Both the position numbers and the translations under genes were made by a program. A model generated the notes under the pieces. It was not told the origin of the DNA and searched no databases. It was given only the letters and a program-made list of their open reading frames with translations. 64,000 nucleotides of DNA from the human T2T-CHM13v2.0 reference genome, Homo sapiens. Location of the stretch: assembly GCA_009914755.4 (NCBI GenBank), contig CP086569.2, forward strand, positions 21,792,001-21,856,000, read 5' to 3'. Below are positions 57,630 to 64,000 of the stretch, one piece after another (position 1 is the first letter of the stretch; each line of letters begins with the position of its first letter).

Positions 57630-58087
57630 TGTGGGGGCCCAATCAGAATGGTGGGGAAAATTATAAGCCACAAACCATTGAAGTTCTGAAGGTTTTTGCA
57701 AAAGTCTCAGGATAAGTTTATGCCTAAAGGCAACCTAATCCTTACCTAGAGTAAATAGCTTAAAGTGGGTACAAAGGAAGGTAGACTAGTTTACCAACCT
57801 AGCTTGTTTACTCAGGTGGTCCTAAGACTAACCTTTGGTCTACTGTGAATTCTTAATTGCTCTCTACTCAGGAAGTTTGCAATGTCAATTACCCTCTAGT
57901 GGTGTTTACTCATGGCATCTATCAATTAATCTTTACTGAATAAATGCAAATCTCTCTGATTAATCAAGGCTGTGGCTGTGACCAGGTGGCCTAGATGCTC
58001 AGCTGGACTGGTAAAGCAGAATATTTGTGTGTCAGTGTACTTTATTCATACATCGTTGGATCAGGGTATGCAGGACAGACCCCTGCA
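57630..58087 (+). mobile_element. 3' LTR of the betaretrovirus-like provirus. Probable 6-bp target-site duplication: 'tttatg' (50361-50366) and 'tttgag' (58088-58093).
   Basis: Collinear with the 5' LTR and ends '...cccctgca'. The flanks rejoin the L1 ORF2 reading frame exactly (…DFM | …KTQ…), with a 6-nt duplicated block matching at 4 of 6 positions. Confidence 0.85.
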
Positions 58088-59190
58088 TTTGAGACTAAAA
58101 CACAAACAGCAATAACAGCAAAAGTCAAAATTGACAATTGGGATCTAAACATATTAAAGAGTTTCTGCACTGCAAAAGAAACTATCATCAGGGTGAACAG
58201 GCAACCTACAGAATGGGAGAAAATTTTTGCAATCTATCCACCTTAAAAAGGTCTAATATCCAGAATCTACAAGGAACTTAAATTTACAAGAAAAAAACAC
58301 ACAGTGCCACCAAAAAGTAGGCAAAGGATATGAACAGATATTTCTCAAAAGGAGACATTTATGAAGCCAATGGCTATATGGAAAAAAGCTCTTAATAATT
58401 GATGATTAGAGAAAAACAAATCAAAACCACAATGAAATACCATCTTATTCCAGTTAGCATGGTGATTATTAAAAAGTCAGGAAGTAACAGATGCTGGGGA
58501 GGCTGTGGAGAAATAGAAACATACACTATTTGTGGTATTGTAAATTGGTTCAACCATTGTAGAAGGAAGTGTGGTGATTCTGAAAGGATCTAGAACCAGA
58601 AATACAATTTGATCCAGCCATCTCATTACTGGGTATATAACAAAAGAATTATAAACCATTCTATTATTAAGATACCTGCGCATGTATGTTTATTGCTGCA
58701 AGATTTACAATAGCAAAGACTTGGAACCAACCCAAATTCCCATCAATAATAGACTGGATAAAAAATATATCACATATACATCATGGTATACTAGGCAGTC
58801 ATAAAAAAGAATGACTTCATATCCTTTACAGGGACATAGATGAAGCTGGAAACCACATTTCTCAGCAAACTAACACAGGAATGGAAAAACAAACACTACC
58901 TCCTATCACCCATACGTGGGACTTGAACAATGAGAACACATGGACACAGGAAGGGGAACATTACACACTGGGGCCTGTCTGGGTGTGAGGGGCAAAGTGA
59001 GGGAGAGCATTAGAATAAATACCTAATGCATGTGGGGGTTTAAACCTAGGTGTTGGATTCATAGGTGCAGCAAACCACCATGGCACATGATTACCTATGT
59101 CACAAGCCTGCATATTGTTCAGATGTATCCCATAACTTAAAAGTAAAATAAATTTACAAATTAGAAAAAAAGAACTACTAAGCAATGACA
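58088..59190 (+). mobile_element. 3' part of the same old L1 after the provirus: ORF2 C-terminus, 3'UTR and tail.
   Basis: It resumes '..[48 protein letters not shown]' (ORF 57995..58246), the direct continuation of L1 ORF2 '[43 protein letters not shown]'. ORF 58399..58593 gives 'IREKQIKTTMKYHLIPVSMVIIKKSGSNRCWGGCGE'. 3'UTR ends '...aaataaatttacaaattagaaaaaaag' at ~59190. Confidence 0.8.
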
Positions 59191-59333
59191 TCTCAAGAAG
59201 AGGAATATCAACAAACCAAAATAGGCTTCTGTCTATTGCATGTTCTAGTCCTGGTTTTTCTAACATAGTATTTTCATGTGCATCTCCTCTGCAGTTCTCT
59301 CTCTCTCAATTAAATCTCCATATGATGGCATAG

Positions 59334-60293
59334 TGAAGGGATGGCATGCCCCTCTGCCCCTGTGGGCATTTCTCTTCAGGTGGGATGAGAGATTGAGAAA
59401 AGAAAAAGACACAGAGACAAAGTATAGAAAAGAAAAGTGGGCCCAGGGGACCAGCACTCAGCATACGGAGGACCCCCACTGGCACTGGTCTCTGAGTTCC
59501 CTCAGTATTTATTGATCATTATCTCCACCATCTTTGAGAGGGGGATGTGGCAGGACAATAGGGTAATAGTGGGGAGATGGTCAGCAGGAAAACATGTGAA
59601 CAAAGTTCTCTGTGTCATAAACAAGTTTAAGGAAATGTGTTGTGCCTTGATGTGCACATATACAAACATCTCATTGCATTAAAGAGCAGTATTGCCACTA
59701 GCATATCTCACCTCCAGCCCTAAGGCAGTTTTCTCCTATCTCAGTAAATAGCATATACAATCAGGTTTTACACTGAGACATTCCATTGCCCAGGGATGAG
59801 CAGGAGACAGATGTCTTCCTCTTATCACAAATGCAAAGAGGCCTTCCTCTTTTACTAATCCTTCTCAGCACAGACCGTTTATGGGTGTCGGGATGGTCAG
59901 GTCTTTCCCTTCCCATGAGGCCATATCTAAGGCTATCACATGGGGAGAAGCTTTGGACAATACCTGCTTTTCCTAGGCAGAGGTCCCTGTGGCCTTCCGC
60001 AGTGTTTTGTGTCCCTGGGTACTTGAGACTAGAGAATGGTTATGAGTTTTAACAAGCATATTGCCTTCAAGCACTTTTTTACAAAGCACATCCTGCATGG
60101 CCCTAAATCCATTAAACCTAGAGTCAACACAGCACATGTCTCTGCGAGCACAGGGTTGGGGCTAGGGATACAGATTAACAGCATCTCAAGGCATAATAAT
60201 TTTCTTAATACAGAACTAAATGGAGTCTCTTATGTCTAATTCTTTCTATGTAGACACAGTAACAGTCTGAAATCTATCTCTTTTCCCTACACA
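59334..60293 (-). mobile_element. LTR12-family (HERV9) LTR in minus orientation. It looks like the 3' LTR of a minus-strand class I ERV whose env lies to the right.
   Basis: The right end reads '...cagactgttactgtgtctacatagaaagaattagacataagagactccattt' in reverse complement, matching the LTR12 5' end 'TGTAGGGGAAAAGAGAGATCAGACTGTTACTGTGTCTATGTAGAAAG'. The left end 'tgaagggatgg...cccctctgcccctgtgggcatttctcttcaggtgggatgagag' is the reverse complement of the LTR12 3' end '...CCACCTAACGAGAAACACCCACAGGTGTGGAGGGGC...CCCTTCA'. Internal blocks 'ggcctctttgcatttgtgataagaggaag' and 'tgagatgtttgtatatgtgcacatcaaggcac' also match. Confidence 0.8.
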
Positions 60294-62340
60294 CAGAGAT
60301 AACAATCTCTTGTTTTGGTATGTAAGAAAGAATTCATCCTTAAAAAAGAGCCCAAATGGGGGATGTCACCCCAAGATGCTATCACATCAGTAGTGTTAAA
60401 AAAAAACAACTATTTGGAAACCATTGCCTCTATAGTACATGTTTCTCTTTAGTGCCTGGAAAGGATTAAGTATAGAGAGGAGACACAAACAAAGTAAAGC
60501 CCTCTTCCTTTAAGGAATGGTTCTATATTGTAGTTTATGAGGGCTCCAGTTATTAGTCCAGGCCTTATAAGGTCACCATTCCTAAATCGAATGGGAGTAT
60601 TTTTAGCATGATGATATTTATACTTATTATAGTAGTCCACAGTACCATTTGGAAATTTACATGCTTTGTAGGAAAAATCATTTTGCCTAATAGATTATTA
60701 AAAGATCAGGGACATACTTTGTTCCAGCCAGTATATGAGACAACTCTCCTTACAGGAGCTACTTGTCCACACATCATCTGTTGATCCACAAATTTGCAGA
60801 TTATTGCCATTATCCAATATTATACAAGGGTCCAGGTGTTCATTTGTGCATAGGTTTGGGAAGGACCATGTGTGATTAAACACCTGTTTTGGTGTTATTA
60901 AACTGAGCAAATCATCCAGAGCAAACCCAGCAATCAGTCTTGTATAGATGGGCAATGGCTGATTCTGTAAGGGACAAAGAAGGTGAGGCATTGCTACATC
61001 TAACAGTGGATGTTAGTAAACTTGATAGTAACAAAATCTTCATGTTTATCTCATATGTGTGACTATTATTCTTGCTGTAAGAATCATAACTAAGCAAAAG
61101 ATTATGGCAAATGAGATTATTTATTCTATATTCTACTCAGAGGGTGCAACAGTACATAGTCTACTGCAAAGAACAGAGTTAGTACCACAATTCTTGCAAA
61201 TATGATGTAATTAAGTTCCAGTTAAAATCTTACTCACCAAGATATATATAATTTCTGTTGAATTTCATTTTGGAAATTATGAATGTAATTCCATGGATAA
61301 TTAAAACATTTTTGTTAAGTATACATCAAAGAGAAGTTCTAATATCTGATGGCAAATCTCAAGAGGAAAGGTGGGATTGAACTAAACAGGTAATTCTCTC
61401 TAAATATGTGCTTATTTTTTGTAATTTTCAGTTTGATATCCTTTACTTCTTCACTCTGATATCTGAGATGTTCTTGTAGCCTATTAGGTGTCACTCTTGC
61501 TGTGTTCCAGGCTTTGACTCAAGTGTATCCAAGAGTCAAAGTGACCCCAAAAGTTAAATCCCACAGCCTTCACCTCTGAGGGGGGTGGAGAGAAGGAGAG
61601 AAGGAGACTGTGACTTCCCTCCCAGCTGGGAACAAGGAGCCTTCACCAGTACCAAATCTCCTGAGTTGAACAAAGGTGGGCCTAGTTCTTGGGGTATAAT
61701 TTCTAATGGCTGTTTTAATTCCTACTGAAAGTGGGCTATGGAGGTTACATGTTTAACAAATTCAGATATATCCTGATCTAATATAAAATCATTAGTAAAG
61801 ATTGGTCATCTATACACCATTTCAAAAGGGCTCAACCTACACTTTGAAGGGGTGTTTCTCACCCACACTGAAGTTATAGGAAAGAGAGTAGCTGATGGGA
61901 GGTGAATTTCTTGAGACAACTACAGAGGTGGCTCTTAATTATATAATTTGCTTTCTCCACCCTCCCTGAAGACTGTAGTCTCCAAGCACAGTAAAGATGG
62001 TATTATACACTCATTGTTTTTGAGACCCACTGGGTAACTGCCACCTTAAATGAAAGGCCATTGTCACTTGGGAGATATTTCATGAGTCCAAAGGGAGGGG
62101 ATATTTCATTGACTAGTGCTTTTACTACCTAAGATGATTTTTCTGTTGAACATGAAAATGCCTCTACCCAGTTAATGAAGGTATCCACCCCACCAGGAGG
62201 TATTAAATCACCATTATACTTGGCACATAAGTAAAATTCATTTGCAAACCTTCTCCTGCATAAATTTCCACTCTTTGAGTTTGCAGATGGAGAAGCCATC
62301 TGTTGAGCAGATTGTTTTTGAGGCAGATCTTCTAAGCATT
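60294..62340 (-). pseudogene. Class I ERV env-region remnant (surface subunit with CWxC motif), minus strand, adjacent to the LTR12. Extent is uncertain.
   Basis: Minus ORF 60912..61097 '...SAIAHLYKTDCWVCSG' carries a CWxC motif like the 'NCWICLPL' block of gamma-type env surface subunits. The overlapping ORF 60698..60991 (97 aa) follows in the expected surface-subunit position. The orientation (surface subunit to the right, LTR to the left on a minus-strand element) matches env followed by a 3' LTR. Confidence 0.4.
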
Positions 62341-62352
62341 AACAACCTGTTT

Positions 62353-62648
62353 TTTTGTTGTTGCTGTTTGTTTCATACAGAGTCTCAATTTGTCACCCAG
62401 GATCCAGTGCAGTAGCACAATCTTGGCTCACTGCAACCTCCATGTCCTGAATTCAAGCGATTTTACTGCCTCAGCCATCCAAGCATCTGAGATCATATGT
62501 ATGCTACCAAGAGTGGCTAATTTTTGTATTTTTCATAGAGATGGGGTATCACCATGGTGACTAGGCTAATCTCAAACTCCTGGCCTCAAGAGATCCACCT
62601 GCCTCAGGGTCCCACAGTGCTTGGATTACAGGAGTGAGTCACCATAGC
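62353..62648 (-). mobile_element. Alu SINE (older subfamily) in minus orientation. 10-bp target-site duplication 'caacctgttt' at 62343-62352 and 62649-62658.
   Basis: Reverse complement of Alu ('cagagtctcaatttgtcacccaggatccagtgcagtagcacaatcttggctcactgcaacctcc...cccacagtgcttggattacaggagtgagtcaccatagc'). Identical 10-mers flank it. Confidence 0.9.
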
Positions 62649-63134
62649 CAACCTGTTTGACAATTTTGGTAAGTTTTTACTTGAGAAGAGTCTCTGGGGT
62701 AATTGATGAATTTTATTATTTCCAAAGTGAAAACTTTGGTGAAGAATCTTAAAAATTTTTCTCCATTTGGAGGTTGATAAATAAAGTTTGCTATTCTCTG
62801 ATTGTAACCTCCTGAGGGGTGAAAGCCATGTCCTTGAAAGGTGGCATATTCTATCCTTACAGGGGAATACTGAGGCTTTATATTTTTATGGAGCCCTCCA
62901 AAATTACAGGGGCTTCAAGTGCAACTGAGACCTTGAGGTCTTCTTCCTGCTGACTTAGCTGTTTGGTCTGGTAACCTATTTCCTCCAGGTATTTCATTTA
63001 TTCCTCTTCTGATGTTCTTTGTAATGTATTATGTCACTTCCCATGGAAAGAACACTGAGGGAAATACTCTTATCTATTTCCCAATGGTATTCAATGAGAA
63101 ACTCATTAGCTGTCAGAAGTGTCGCTTTTTTAAT

Positions 63135-64000
63135 TTTTATTTTCCTTTAAGTTCTGGAATACATTTGCAGAACGTGCAGGTTTGCTCCATAGGTATATGC
63201 ATGCCATGATGGTTTGCTGTACCTATCAACCCATCAACCAGGTTTTAAGCCCCACATGCAGCTATTTGTCCTGATGCTCTCTCTCCACTCTCCCCAGAAC
63301 AGGCCCTACTGTGTGTTGTTCCTCTTCGTGTGTCCATGTGTTCTCATTGTTCAACTCCTAGGTATGAATGCAAAGATGCAGTGTTTGGTTTTCTGTTCGT
63401 GCATTAGCTTACAGAGGATGATGGCTTCCGGATTGATCCATGTCCCTGCAAAGAACATAATCTCATTTTAATAGCTCCATATTATTCCATGGTGTATATG
63501 TACCACATTTTCTTTTTGCAGCCTATCATTTTTCAGTATCTGGATTGGTTCCAAGTCTTTGCTATTGTAAATAGTCCAGCAATAAATCTACATGTGTATG
63601 TATCTTTATAGTAGAATGATTTATATTGCTTTGGTTGTATACCCAGTAATGGCTTTGTTTGGTCAAATGGTATTTCTGGTTCTAGATCCCTGAAGAATCT
63701 CCACAGTGTCTTTCACAATGGCTGAACTAATTTACACTTTCACCAACAGTGTAAAAGTGTTTCTGTTTCTCCACAGTCTCACCAGCACCTGTTGCTTGAC
63801 TTTTTAGTAATCATCCTTCTTACTGGAGTGAGATGATATCTCATTGTGGTTTTGATTTTTGTTCCTCTAATCATCAGTGATGTTGAGCTTTTTTTCATGT
63901 TTGTTGGTTGCATAAATATCTTCTTTTGAGAATTTTCTGTTCATATCCTTTGCCCAATTTTTGATGGAGTTGTTTGATTATTTTATTGTAAATTTGGTTA
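63135..64000 (-). mobile_element. Older L1 (L1PB/L1MA-like) 3' end in minus orientation, running off the right edge.
   Basis: Poly-T plus 'ttaagttctggaatacatttgcagaacgtgcaggtttgctccataggtatatgcatgccatgatggtttgctg...'. ORF2 C-terminal-like remnant in minus frames ('ccaacagtgtaaaagtgtttctgtttctccacag...'). Confidence 0.85.

Noticed and set aside
60449-61097. Minus-strand ORFs (63, 97 and 61 aa) downstream of the LTR12, considered as an intact env gene.
   Set aside because: Only short overlapping frames with a single CWxC motif are present. No continuous surface/transmembrane frame, furin site or immunosuppressive domain could be traced by eye. It is reported only as a low-confidence env remnant.

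Overview
This window is not prokaryotic. It reads as catarrhine-primate (human-like) nuclear DNA. The evidence is AluY-type SINEs, L1PA-type LINE-1 elements with the characteristic 5'UTR and 3'UTR, an LTR12/HERV9 LTR, and env immunosuppressive-domain motifs. About three quarters of the 64 kb is interspersed repeat.

Main contents, left to right:
- An L1 ORF2 fragment at the left edge.
- A gamma-type ERV env remnant with its 3' LTR, interrupted by an Alu that has a clean target-site duplication.
- Four full-length (~6.05 kb) but coding-dead L1PA elements: 3142-9240 (-), 12707-18761 (+), 21036-27168 (-) and 27349-33397 (-).
- Older L1 copies (L1PB/L1MA-like) that these younger elements and three Alus have inserted into.
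- A pair of ~190-bp direct repeats 1.76 kb apart around a (TA)30 microsatellite.
- A 270-bp local duplication.
- A 5'-truncated young L1 with a perfect 12-bp target-site duplication.
- A ~73-bp x 9 tandem array.
- An old 5'-truncated L1 (46960-59190) that hosts a nested ~7.7 kb betaretrovirus-like (HERV-K superfamily) provirus. The provirus has both LTRs, a primer-binding site, a polypurine tract, and gag (capsid major homology region, nucleocapsid zinc knuckle), dUTPase, protease (DTG), reverse transcriptase (FMDD), integrase and env transmembrane remnants.
- A minus-strand LTR12 (HERV9) LTR with an adjacent env remnant (CWxC motif).
- Further Alus and an old L1 3' end at the right edge.

I found no CRISPR array, operon or bacterial/phage defence system, and no convincing host protein-coding exon. 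Every long ORF in the six-frame track is a transposable-element remnant, an L1 5'UTR antisense frame, or low-complexity chance.
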